Shown here in pieces: positions 1 to 9,319 of a stretch of 64,000 nucleotides of DNA. Made by a program: the position numbers and the translations under genes. This DNA is from Candidatus Heimdallarchaeota archaeon (GTDB lineage: Archaea; Asgardarchaeota; Heimdallarchaeia; Heimdallarchaeales; Heimdallarchaeaceae): positions 96,001-160,000 of the forward strand of contig JAUVXV010000004.1 of NCBI GenBank assembly GCA_030603365.1, in the 5' to 3' direction. The notes under the pieces were generated by a model, which made no database searches, was not told the origin of the DNA, and saw only the letters and a list, made by a program, of their open reading frames with translations. The first letter of the stretch is position 1; each line of letters opens with the position of its first letter.

Positions 1-206
1 GTGGTAGTGATCATAAGAAGTACATTAAACAAACTGCTCTTTTATTTCCAATTCGTAAACTACCAGGTTTCTTAAAGTTGTTATTATTAGGTAAATAAGA
101 AGCATAGTATCTTATTGTAAGGTCTACTTTACTTTCTAAAAACCCATTTTTCAATAAGGGAGACATTACAAGAAGGTGGACAAAAAAATTGAAAAAAAAG
201 TAGGTG

Positions 207-1073
207 TTAGAACTCAGATATCAAGGCAACAACATCAGGACCTGTGTGTGCAGATATAGTAACACCTGTGCATCTGGTTCTTATTTTAACATCTTTGAAG
301 TGCTGTTTTATTTGCATCTCCATTCTTCCAGCAAATTCTAGATTATTCCCATGAATAATAATAACTTGTTTTGGAAATCTGGAAAAGTTCTCTGAGGTTA
401 ATTCTAGAATTTTAAGAATGCCTTCATCTGTTTCTGTGACGGTTGTGGCAACTTCGTTTTTGCCTTCTTCATTAACGATTGTAATTGGTTTCTTCTTTAG
501 CAGAGTTCCAAAAATGTATTTTGTCACCGAGATTCTGCCTCCTTTACGCAAGAATTTCAATGAAGGAAGAAGTATGTATGTTTTAATGTTTTTAACTTGT
601 TCTCTTAGTTTCATTACTATTTCATCAGCATTCAAACCTTGTTTTTGTAGTCTCATGCCTTCTTCTATCAACAATACCTCAGAATAAGAAGCATTTAATG
701 CATCGACAAGGTGAACTTTGATTGTCTCATTTTTCCTTTTAAGCATATTTACACCCAATCGTGCACTGTTAATCGTTCCACTTAAACCTGAACTTAGAGT
801 TACCACTATTATTTCTTTTACTCCTTCTTTTGCTAGCTCTTCATACATATTAAAGAAATCATTAGGGGTTGGTTGAGCAGTTTTCGCGGAGAAATCGTTA
901 ACTGAGTCATATTTGCTATAATAAAAATCAAGATCAAAACTTCTATCCTCTTTATGTACAACATCAGCTGCATCACTAAAAGTTACACTCAAAGGAACAA
1001 CTTTTACACCTATCTCATCAGCATAATCAAGATCGATATCTGAACCACTATCTGTAACAAAACCTATCTTCAT
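207..1073 (-). CDS. degV: DegV family fatty acid-binding protein (FakB-like)
   Basis: N-terminal VTDSGSD, KTAQPTP, LSSGLSGT, LRKGGRIS and C-terminal ISAHTGP motifs typical of DegV. Confidence 0.92.
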   Translation of the reverse strand: MKIGFVTDSGSDIDLDYADEIGVKVVPLSVTFSDAADVVHKEDRSFDLDFYYSKYDSVNDFSAKTAQPTPNDFFNMYEELAKEGVKEIIVVTLSSGLSGTINSARLGVNMLKRKNETIKVHLVDALNASYSEVLLIEEGMRLQKQGLNADEIVMKLREQVKNIKTYILLPSLKFLRKGGRISVTKYIFGTLLKKKPITIVNEEGKNEVATTVTETDEGILKILELTSENFSRFPKQVIIIHGNNLEFAGRMEMQIKQHFKDVKIRTRCTGVTISAHTGPDVVALISEF

Positions 1074-1191
1074 AGATTTTTAATTCCATTCCTTATTTAT
1101 AAAAAGTTCTCCGAAACAAGCGACAGAAAAAAGAAATAGTGGATTGGGAATATGTTTATTAGAGTATTTTGCTTTTTTCCAGTAGAAAGGC

Positions 1192-2052
1192 ATGAAATTC
1201 TTAGTTTCTCATTATGATGATATTAATCAAATACCCGAAATTGTAGATTCTTATCTGAACCAACAGCCTGTTATAAATTTTGAATCAATAGGTATGCTTG
1301 AACAGTTAAGAGAAAATCCTCAAACATTTGATGGGATTCTAGAATGTATAGTTGTTTCTCTAAACAGAGAAATCCAAATTGTAACTTGTAGAATTAGACC
1401 CCATAACATTTTAATTTCTCATTCAAAAAATAGAAGTTCAATTTCTACATTAACTGAGTATTTCATAGAAACTGAAATTTCAATACCAGGAATTTATGGT
1501 CCATTGGTAGAGGTAGAACAGTTTACCAATATCTGGAAAGAGCTTTCAGGAGAAGAATTTCGAACTTCTGATGAGTTTTTACAGTATTCATTGAACAATT
1601 TGAAAATTTCATCACATCTTATTGGCGACATCTCAACTGCAAAACATGAACAAAAAGAGCTTCTAGAAGGTTGGACGAAGGAAAGCATCAGAGAGATTAT
1701 ACCTGATTCAACAGATGAATTTGTTCTTTCATGTACCACTTCTTTCCTCAAATTGCTTAATCTAAACAACGTATTTGTTTTAACAGTAGAGAATTTACCT
1801 GTTTCAATGGCAGCAATTTCAGGTCAAACAAAAACAATGCAAGCCATTAACGATGTATATACCCCACCTGAATTTCGTGGAAAGGGATTTGCAACGGAAT
1901 TGTGTGTATTCTTATGTGATTATATCTTGAATGACTGCAAAAATACTCCTGTCTTGTGGGTAAAAGCAACAAATCATGCAGCTATTCATATTTATGAAAA
2001 GATAGGATTTGAAAAAGTTGCAGAGATGACATTAAATCTGAAACAAAATTAA
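1192..2052 (+). CDS. GNAT family N-acetyltransferase
   Basis: C-terminal VYTPPEFRGKGFA acetyl-CoA motif and NHAAIHIYEKIGF. Confidence 0.88.
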   Translation: MKFLVSHYDDINQIPEIVDSYLNQQPVINFESIGMLEQLRENPQTFDGILECIVVSLNREIQIVTCRIRPHNILISHSKNRSSISTLTEYFIETEISIPGIYGPLVEVEQFTNIWKELSGEEFRTSDEFLQYSLNNLKISSHLIGDISTAKHEQKELLEGWTKESIREIIPDSTDEFVLSCTTSFLKLLNLNNVFVLTVENLPVSMAAISGQTKTMQAINDVYTPPEFRGKGFATELCVFLCDYILNDCKNTPVLWVKATNHAAIHIYEKIGFEKVAEMTLNLKQN

Positions 2053-2058
2053 GAATTC

Positions 2059-2189
2059 TGGTGGCCGGACCGTGATTTTCAGCGTTTCAGAACGCATCTG
2101 AAACTTTTTGAACACGGGATCACCTGGTGTTTTGCCCTTTTTTTAGAAGGTCCCAAACCAGGGGCCATACCAAGCTAGACCATCCGGCC
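2059..2189 (-). tRNA. tRNA-Pro(TGG) with two introns: 37/38 (2129-2151) and T-loop 59/60 (2076-2106)
   Basis: Reverse complement gives acceptor stem GGCCGGA/TCCGGCC plus ACCA, anticodon arm CCTGG-TT-TGG-G|A-CCAGG and T arm CCGTG-TTCAAA|T-CACGG. BHB helices are TTTG/CAAA and TTCA/TGAA. Confidence 0.92.
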
Positions 2190-2251
2190 AGTAATTCTAC
2201 ACTATCTGCCTTCCCCTCATCTAATTAAGCTTTTCGTTCTTGTTACTCCAT

Positions 2252-3781
2252 TCAATCAAACATCGCTCTGTTTTGTAACATTAGAATTATGTCTTCTATC
2301 AACCAATTGTTGACTTGAAGCCACAGATTGTTAGTTATAAAATCTGCAACTACTTGATCAGCTGTAAATGGTTTACTCATTACACTAGGTGGATAATCAG
2401 CTCTATCTCTATCATATGCTCCAAAATTGTGACTTATCTCGTGCTGAACCAAGTTCTCTGCCCAATCAGCTACTATTCCTATCCAACTATAATCACCTAA
2501 TTCTTCAGATTCAGCAAAATGAAAAGCAGCATTCCTTTCATAATAAGCAAAACCGAAATGTTCAGAGGTTTGGTTTGAGAAACTTGTAAATAAATCAAAA
2601 CCATGATTGTCTGGTGATCGACCATATTCAACATCCCAACTACCCTCTAAACCTAGTAATTCCCCTGCTGTTTCAAGAGCGATAGTGCCTACCACACCCA
2701 TACTCACATCTTTAGGATGCCAAGGAAGTTCAACAACTGGTATGAGCTTAATGCCAAAGTCTTTCTCAAAAAGATATGAAGTTTCATACATTGTAGTAAA
2801 AAGATCATTTCTTGCGACTTCTTTTCCAGAAATCTCCCAATTATCATTTAACATTAGAACGAACACCCTATGTTCATATTGAAGAATAGACATATCATCA
2901 AGATACACATGGGTTGAGTTATCTGCATAGACGAATACAAATTGTAGAGCAACATATGATAATCCATCGCCCTCACCAAAATGAATCAGCTGATTCTGTG
3001 GCGACGTACTGTCTAAGATTAAAGACATGTTCGATTTAATTCCATCTATAAACAAATTAACTTCAATTGAACTATTGGTGCTCTCTATTTGTTGGTTAAA
3101 GGATAAATAATGACTGTTAGTTAGATTTACAGTTTGAGAGATACTTATCCAAGTTGAGTTTCCGGGCTCAATAGTCTCAATATTGGTAAAGCGAACACAG
3201 TTACCATCTAAAGAAGGGTGAGTAGAAATCCCCGCAACAGCTTTATCATCTTGTATGTCGCCTTCCCAGTTGTTTAGATATCCACTGAAGTCCCCGTTGA
3301 CTATCTGTTCAACCTCGATTTGGTTAGTAACATTTAGAGAGAAATCTATGTTTTCTTTTATCTCTGCAACTCTATTTTCAAATGTAACCCCAAAAGAATA
3401 AATATTGTATTCTCCAATATTCAGTGCAAATAATCCTGTTGATATGTTAAGTAAAGGTCCCATCTCAACTGAAGCAACTTGTGACCCTCGAGTAATCTCC
3501 TGGTTTAACTCATAGATGATAGAACCTTTTAAAGAATAAGCATCAGATGAAATACCTATCTCTACTGATTTAATAACTGCCTTTTCTGTTCCCTCTAGTT
3601 CTATTTCAAATGTAATAGGAACTGTTTCTCCTTTTATCTTTTCCAAAGGCATTGAAATAAAAATCAATTCAGCATTTCCAGAAAAATAGTTGTTTATTAT
3701 CATATCTGTAAGAAAATATCCTCCTATCCCTACGCCTAACATTCCAATAAAAATCAGACCAATTAAGGCAGTTCTTCTCAT
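2252..3781 (-). CDS. Membrane-anchored or secreted metzincin (reprolysin/M12-like) zinc metalloprotease
   Basis: N-terminal hydrophobic anchor, HEISHNFGAYD zinc motif, Met-turn PSVMS, central NGDF...W beta-sandwich-like domain. ATG at 3781 preferred over TTG at 3802. Confidence 0.75.
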   Translation of the reverse strand: MRRTALIGLIFIGMLGVGIGGYFLTDMIINNYFSGNAELIFISMPLEKIKGETVPITFEIELEGTEKAVIKSVEIGISSDAYSLKGSIIYELNQEITRGSQVASVEMGPLLNISTGLFALNIGEYNIYSFGVTFENRVAEIKENIDFSLNVTNQIEVEQIVNGDFSGYLNNWEGDIQDDKAVAGISTHPSLDGNCVRFTNIETIEPGNSTWISISQTVNLTNSHYLSFNQQIESTNSSIEVNLFIDGIKSNMSLILDSTSPQNQLIHFGEGDGLSYVALQFVFVYADNSTHVYLDDMSILQYEHRVFVLMLNDNWEISGKEVARNDLFTTMYETSYLFEKDFGIKLIPVVELPWHPKDVSMGVVGTIALETAGELLGLEGSWDVEYGRSPDNHGFDLFTSFSNQTSEHFGFAYYERNAAFHFAESEELGDYSWIGIVADWAENLVQHEISHNFGAYDRDRADYPPSVMSKPFTADQVVADFITNNLWLQVNNWLIEDIILMLQNRAMFD

Positions 3782-3854
3782 CTTGTAGTCACTAAAATAC
3801 AATTACATGAACCATTAAATATTCTTTGTATTGTAAAAAAAGAAAAAGAAAAAC

Positions 3855-4568
3855 TTATACTTTTTCTGCAGCTACTTCTGCTTTCTCCCCCATTCTTCTT
3901 TCTGTACCTGTAAGTAGTCTTTTGATATTAGCTTTATGTCTCCAGAAAACAAGAACGACCATAATAGAATTTACTATTAGAGCCCATAAACTATTGTTAA
4001 ACCAGAAATCATTTCCTGCAAATATCCAATATAATGGTGGGGATAATAAAGCAACTGTGAGATTCGAGAGAGACATAAGTTTGGTTGTTTTAAGTAATAC
4101 AAACCAGATTATCATGATACAAATGAAGGGGATGGGATTAACTCCTAACAAAGCACCTGCTCCAACAGCAGCAGATTTTCCTCCTTTGAATTTTAACCAA
4201 ATAGGATAACTATGACCAATAACAGCCATGAAAGATACAAGAGCAAGTAGAAATCCTCTATCAAGTAACTGAGGAAATTCAACACCTGTATTGGTTGAGA
4301 AACCCGAATAATTGTCACCTACTACCCAAAGATAAATTCTTGCCAATAGAACTGCGATAGCTCCTTTGGTCATATCAAGAACCATCGTTAGAAGACCTGC
4401 CTTTTTACCAAGTGTTCTCATGACATTGGCTGTTCCCATATTACCTGAACCATAATCACGAATATCAATTCCACGACCAATTTTTCCAACCAAATATGCA
4501 ACTGGAATAGAACCGAAGAAATATCCTAGAACAACTAATACGATTTCATAAATAATCTCGTTAGCCAT
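3855..4568 (-). CDS. plsY: Glycerol-3-phosphate acyltransferase PlsY
   Basis: GYFFGSIP, DIRDYGSGNMGTANVMR, GHSYPIWLKFKGGK, RHKANIKRLLTGTE: all three PlsY motifs present. Confidence 0.95.
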   Translation of the reverse strand: MANEIIYEIVLVVLGYFFGSIPVAYLVGKIGRGIDIRDYGSGNMGTANVMRTLGKKAGLLTMVLDMTKGAIAVLLARIYLWVVGDNYSGFSTNTGVEFPQLLDRGFLLALVSFMAVIGHSYPIWLKFKGGKSAAVGAGALLGVNPIPFICIMIIWFVLLKTTKLMSLSNLTVALLSPPLYWIFAGNDFWFNNSLWALIVNSIMVVLVFWRHKANIKRLLTGTERRMGEKAEVAAEKV

Positions 4569-4657
4569 AAAAGAAAGAATTCAGACTTTTATTTAAAATT
4601 TGTCAGAAATAGCTAAGACTAGAAAAACAAATTAAAATAAAAAAGAGAGAGAGATTT

Positions 4658-4891
4658 TTATTTCTCAACACAGATCATGGTCATAGTACTACGTACATTC
4701 TCTAATGCTCGCAGATTCTCTGTAACAATTTTCTTTAACTCATCCATTGTATCTGCTTCTATTTTTGCAATTAAGTCATAAACGCCGTAAACCACATGCG
4801 CTTCACCAACATTTGGTAGAGACATAAGTTGGTCGAGTACGCTCTTTTCTTCTCCAATCTCACTATTTATCAAGATGAATGCAGTTGCCAT
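4658..4891 (-). CDS. Stand-alone Lrp/AsnC ligand-binding domain protein
   Basis: 77 aa, AFILIN...EAHVVYGVYDLIAKIEA...VRSTMT. Confidence 0.9.
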   Translation of the reverse strand: MATAFILINSEIGEEKSVLDQLMSLPNVGEAHVVYGVYDLIAKIEADTMDELKKIVTENLRALENVRSTMTMICVEK

Positions 4892-5060
4892 TAGGAATTC
4901 ACCAACAGAATGTATGTATTGGCGTTTAATAAACTTTGTTCAGAAGTGTTTAAATTAGAATGAAAAATTTCAATAGAAATTCAATTTACCAGATGCCTTG
5001 ACTGATGGTTTTGGGACAAAACAGCTGTATTTTATATGTTTAAATATACGATTATATAGA

Positions 5061-5840
5061 ATGCAAGAAGTTATCTTTCCAGAAAGACTTAGGGAACTAG
5101 CTAAACCATATTTCTACAGTGCAGAGAAAGAAAATCCTACCAACACGTTGATTATTCTTGTACATGGTTTTGGTGCTTCACCCACTGAAACACGACCATT
5201 AGGTGAGTTTCTATGCAAGAAAGGTTTCGATATCCATGGTATTCTGTTAACAGGTCATGGAACTGATTCTAAAGATTTGGATAATATTAGTTGGAAAGAT
5301 TGGTATCAAGATATAGAAAAGATTTACCTTGCAAATATAAAAAAGTACGAGAATATATTCATAGGGGGTCTTTCGTTAGGGGGAGCTTTATCATTGTACG
5401 CTGCAACAAGACTAGATTTCAAAGGAGTCTTTACAATTAATGCTCTGTATAGATTCAAGAGAACTTGGACTATTTTTGCTTGGATATCACATTTTTTCAA
5501 ATTACATAGACCTAGAAATTTGGAAAGAGTGAAATGGTATGTGGAAAATGATCTTTTTGCATATCAAGATGATTCAACATATGCAGCATATCAAATTCTG
5601 AAAATGTTAAGATTTTTACATGTAGAAATTAAAAGAATTAAGATCCCAGCATTGATAATACAATCAAAAGAAGATAAAACAATAAATCCACAGAGTGCAG
5701 AATGGATATTTGAGGATTTAAAAACCGAAAAAGAATTTATGCAACTCGATAGAGGAGATCATATTCTTACTGTTGATGATAGCAAATATTTGGCTTTTGA
5801 AAAGATTTTGGACTTTCTAAATAATAAAATAAGCAAATAA
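5061..5840 (+). CDS. Alpha/beta hydrolase (carboxylesterase or monoacylglycerol lipase-like)
   Basis: LVHGF oxyanion motif, GLSLGG nucleophile elbow, QSKEDKTI Asp, DHIL His. Confidence 0.88.
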   Translation: MQEVIFPERLRELAKPYFYSAEKENPTNTLIILVHGFGASPTETRPLGEFLCKKGFDIHGILLTGHGTDSKDLDNISWKDWYQDIEKIYLANIKKYENIFIGGLSLGGALSLYAATRLDFKGVFTINALYRFKRTWTIFAWISHFFKLHRPRNLERVKWYVENDLFAYQDDSTYAAYQILKMLRFLHVEIKRIKIPALIIQSKEDKTINPQSAEWIFEDLKTEKEFMQLDRGDHILTVDDSKYLAFEKILDFLNNKISK

Positions 5841-5888
5841 CGAAAGATATTAAAAAGAATATTGAAAGAAAGCGATGTAACAACAAAT

Positions 5889-5997
5889 GCCTCAATGGTG
5901 TAGCTCGGCCAATCATTGCGGACTTTCACATGCGAAAGTCCGCGTGACTAAACAGGATTATCCGCAGACCCGGGTTCAAATCCCGGTTGAGGCACCA
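5889..5997 (+). tRNA. tRNA-Glu(TTC) with 37/38 intron (about 5929-5959)
   Basis: Acceptor GCCTCAA/TTGAGGC plus ACCA, anticodon arm GCGGA-CT-TTC-A|A-TCCGC, T arm CCGGG-TTCAAAT-CCCGG. Upstream BRE/TATA-like CGAAAGATATTAAAAA. Confidence 0.9.
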
Positions 5998-6086
5998 CTC
6001 CCTTTTTAAAAATTAACTTTAACACCCACAAATAAATTTAAAAAATCCAATAACTTGAGTTTATTACTTAAGATATTTCTTCCCTT

Positions 6087-6171
6087 GCGGGGATTGCCGA
6101 GTGGTCAAAGGCGCTGGACTTAGGATCCAGTTCTTAGTGATTCGGGAGTTCGAATCTCCCTCCCCGCACCA
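6087..6171 (+). tRNA. tRNA-Leu(TAG), no intron
   Basis: Acceptor GCGGGGA/TCCCCGC plus ACCA, anticodon arm CTGGA-CT-TAG-GA-TCCAG, long variable arm, TTCGAAT T-loop. Confidence 0.95.
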
Positions 6172-6303
6172 ATTTTTTATTTCAGATGCAACTTTATGTC
6201 GCTCTTCAATGATGTCATTACGTGGTCTATACATTTTTTTCACTTTCAAGTCACTCTGTCTGTTTTTCTTATATATGACAAAACCAATGTTAACTTGGTC
6301 ATC

Positions 6304-6765
6304 ATGTCATCGTACTCACTCGTTCAGGAGAATCTTTTAGATTTAGGACTAGTAGCAGTGAAGTTTGACTTACAGCTGGGTCCTATGATTTTAAACAACC
6401 ATTCATCTTTGTCAGAAAATCTATTGATGAAGCTGGCAATAAAAGGGACATCAACATTAATGAATGGTTTAGGATACGACTTTTCGAATTCTAGAAGATT
6501 TAGAGGTTTATTTCAACTATCCGAGGATTATTTCGTATATGGATTTGATCTAGTACTTATTGATGACCAAGGTGATGAGGGGGGGTTATCTCCCATAATC
6601 CTCTTTTTGGTCTTTCCTACAAGTTCTTTACCATTGATAGGGTCAAACATTCGTTCAATAGAAGAGGTTCTTTATCATTCTACACAGTCTTTTCTAACAT
6701 TATCAAACATTGTTTCGAATTTTGATTCCTCTATTTTAACATCTATAGCGAATCTTCTAATCTAG
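6304..6765 (+). CDS. Hypothetical protein with uDENN/longin-like N-terminus
   Basis: LVAVKFDLQLGPMIL resembles the hhhhxFDxxxGP start of uDENN/longin domains, followed by a beta-hairpin (YFVYGFDL) and IILFLVFP strand. Confidence 0.55.
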   Translation: MSSYSLVQENLLDLGLVAVKFDLQLGPMILNNHSSLSENLLMKLAIKGTSTLMNGLGYDFSNSRRFRGLFQLSEDYFVYGFDLVLIDDQGDEGGLSPIILFLVFPTSSLPLIGSNIRSIEEVLYHSTQSFLTLSNIVSNFDSSILTSIANLLI

Positions 6766-6913
6766 TAAAAAACAATGAATATATTCCTGTTTTTCATCTA
6801 ATTATTCGATAAAATTATTTTAATTAGTAACTACTTTTTCTTGACTAGGTGAAAAATAACCTATTTATATCCAAAGAAGCTATAAAGAAGATAGCAACCC
6901 TAAAGTTGATTTT

Positions 6914-9190
6914 ATGAGTAAAGAAGAAATTATCGAACCTATAAAAAAAAGGAAATGGAGTTTCTGGGGGTATGGACTTCTTTTCTTCACAGTATTTTAC
7001 ATTGCATTAATGTTTATACTTGAAGCTGCACTTCAACCAAGGGAAAGTATGACAGCAACAATAGTTTCATACATAATAGGTATTATAGGATTAGCAATTT
7101 TTGCAGGTCTTGTCAGAGACAAAACTAGAGTACTGATATCAATACCTATTCTCTTGATAATAGTGTTTGGTGCAGGATATCTGTTTAATTATGTTGCAGA
7201 TGCACCTGTTTATAATCCCTTAGCTCCAGTTTCAGAACGTACGGGAACTCTTCTTGATACGTTTGATGTATTAAACGAAACAGAGCTAGTTGCTAGTTTA
7301 CCAGAAGAATTCAATCGGGAAACTATAGAATTTTACAGCCAATTTGCTTTCGTTATTGATCTGATAATAGCTTTACCGTTATTCATTTTCGGTACGCTTT
7401 CGCTTACGTGGTTTGTTCAGATTTTTACGTCGGCATTGAAGATATTTGTAATATTTAGTATATTGTTTGCCTTGATATTCTTCCTGATTGGGCTAGTGAT
7501 AACACCGTTTGTACATTTGTTATTCTCAAGTTTCTTAATACTTGGAAGTGACCTTCTTCCAGGAGCACTTTATGTAATGGAAGGAATTTCAATATTCACT
7601 GGTGATTTTGGAAGTCTGACGCAAGCGGAAATAGATGAAGCGATAGCGGCGTTTTACAATGCTTCATTTTACTTCAACCAAGCCGCATTAAACCTAGATG
7701 CATTACAAAAAGCAGGAATCATAGGTTTTGCACAAATGATACCGATTCTAGGAACTGTTGTGTCAAATCTTTATTGGTTTTCATTAGCAGCTTTACACCT
7801 GTCCTCCGGTCTAGGCCCATTTGCAAATGGAACATTCTACATAATGAATGGACTTCAAGACGCAATGGATGCAATGAATATAAGTTCATCTCCAATGCCT
7901 CTATCTGTTGATGATGGAAACACAGTGAAGAGAGCCCCAGGAATAAATGATACTCTATTTAACGATGCAATCGAAGTTGTGAATGAAGGTCTATTAATAT
8001 TGGGTGATAGTACAGATTACATTCAACAAGCTTTAGATGATCTAAAGAATGTCTCGTTAGAAGATGTAATAGGAAATATAACCAGAATTCCTGGAATACC
8101 CATAGAAGCTATCGAACCTGTAATGGAAAGCATGACCATGGTTGAAGATTATTTAGCAATGTTCGAAGGTGGAGTAACAGTAATTTCAGCTCTTCTTGAT
8201 AGACCTGAAATTAGTCCTGGTGTGGAAAGTGAATATGCTACTTTAACTCATTTCTTATATGGAGCATACAATCTATTCAAAGCAGGAGATAACATAGCAG
8301 AAGTCACTGCTTTTAACGGCACTGCTGAGAACTTTGAATATTCATATGGTAATTTTTCCATAGTTCAAGACCAATTACATGAACCAGAGATAGAAGCTGT
8401 AGCAACATCAGATACACCTTTCCTAAACTCAACAGTGATGTTTGTTATAGACATGGTTGACATAGGCGTACCTCTGTGTGCTCTAGGCTATTCATTAGCT
8501 ACAAATTTCTTCGATTTAGATGATATGATGAATGTATTCGCTGGTCCAGCAAATTACGAAGATGTTTCTAATTATCCTGAGTTGATCAATACACTTGATG
8601 GTCTTCGGACAACAACAAATAATTTGTCAACCAATGCAACAATAGTAGATGCAAAAATCAATGATGTAGAAGTAAAAGCTTCAGTTGATACCTATGGTCC
8701 TTTGAACGATATTGCACTTACTTTTACATCTCAGCTTTCTGATTTTGGTTTTGTGGAATATGTTAACAATGCAAACTATGTCGTAAATTCATTCTATTTC
8801 ATGTTCGTTGGAGTCATGGAATTGAGTTTCGTAGCAGGGAATATAACAGCTGGTCAAACACAATTTCTTGCAGCTAATTATGCAGCAGCCAATACTAGTT
8901 TCCTAAACGCCAATACAAGCTTAGCTTCTTCCATTTACAATTTTAATCAATCAATTTTATACATGGATGATGCAGTGAATATTGGAGGAATGACGCAACT
9001 ACAAACGTCACTTACTGCTCTAACAACAATTCGTGATAATCTACTAGGACTTCAAGCTGATCTAAACCAGCTTATGGTGTATATGGCTGATCCTGTAGGA
9101 AATTTGACAGACATAACTGATTTGCTGACTGCAATGTTAGGCGTTTTAGCTGATGTGAATGATGATTTAGAAGTCATAACTGCGCAATAA
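6914..9190 (+). CDS. Large hypothetical membrane protein (about 5-6 N-terminal TM helices plus long helical acidic domain)
   Basis: 758 aa ORF with hydrophobic N-terminal third and Asn/Ala/Leu-rich amphipathic helices. Confidence 0.8.
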   Translation: MSKEEIIEPIKKRKWSFWGYGLLFFTVFYIALMFILEAALQPRESMTATIVSYIIGIIGLAIFAGLVRDKTRVLISIPILLIIVFGAGYLFNYVADAPVYNPLAPVSERTGTLLDTFDVLNETELVASLPEEFNRETIEFYSQFAFVIDLIIALPLFIFGTLSLTWFVQIFTSALKIFVIFSILFALIFFLIGLVITPFVHLLFSSFLILGSDLLPGALYVMEGISIFTGDFGSLTQAEIDEAIAAFYNASFYFNQAALNLDALQKAGIIGFAQMIPILGTVVSNLYWFSLAALHLSSGLGPFANGTFYIMNGLQDAMDAMNISSSPMPLSVDDGNTVKRAPGINDTLFNDAIEVVNEGLLILGDSTDYIQQALDDLKNVSLEDVIGNITRIPGIPIEAIEPVMESMTMVEDYLAMFEGGVTVISALLDRPEISPGVESEYATLTHFLYGAYNLFKAGDNIAEVTAFNGTAENFEYSYGNFSIVQDQLHEPEIEAVATSDTPFLNSTVMFVIDMVDIGVPLCALGYSLATNFFDLDDMMNVFAGPANYEDVSNYPELINTLDGLRTTTNNLSTNATIVDAKINDVEVKASVDTYGPLNDIALTFTSQLSDFGFVEYVNNANYVVNSFYFMFVGVMELSFVAGNITAGQTQFLAANYAAANTSFLNANTSLASSIYNFNQSILYMDDAVNIGGMTQLQTSLTALTTIRDNLLGLQADLNQLMVYMADPVGNLTDITDLLTAMLGVLADVNDDLEVITAQ

Positions 9191-9221
9191 TCCTTCTCTT
9201 TCTTTTTTTCTTTTATTTTTC
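9191..9221 (+). terminator. Archaeal T-rich terminator tract
   Basis: TCCTTCTCTTTCTTTTTTTCTTTTATTTTT directly after the stop codon. Confidence 0.5.
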
Positions 9222-9319
9222 CCTATTAAAATTGGTTTTTCTCATTGCCTAAAGAGAATAACTTTTTATTAAAAATACATTTACTGAATTAGTAATATTT
9301 CATAGGTAAGGGTACTACT

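Noticed and set aside
6064-6340. Short ORFs across tRNA-Leu
   Set aside because: They are translations of the tRNA gene and its flanks.
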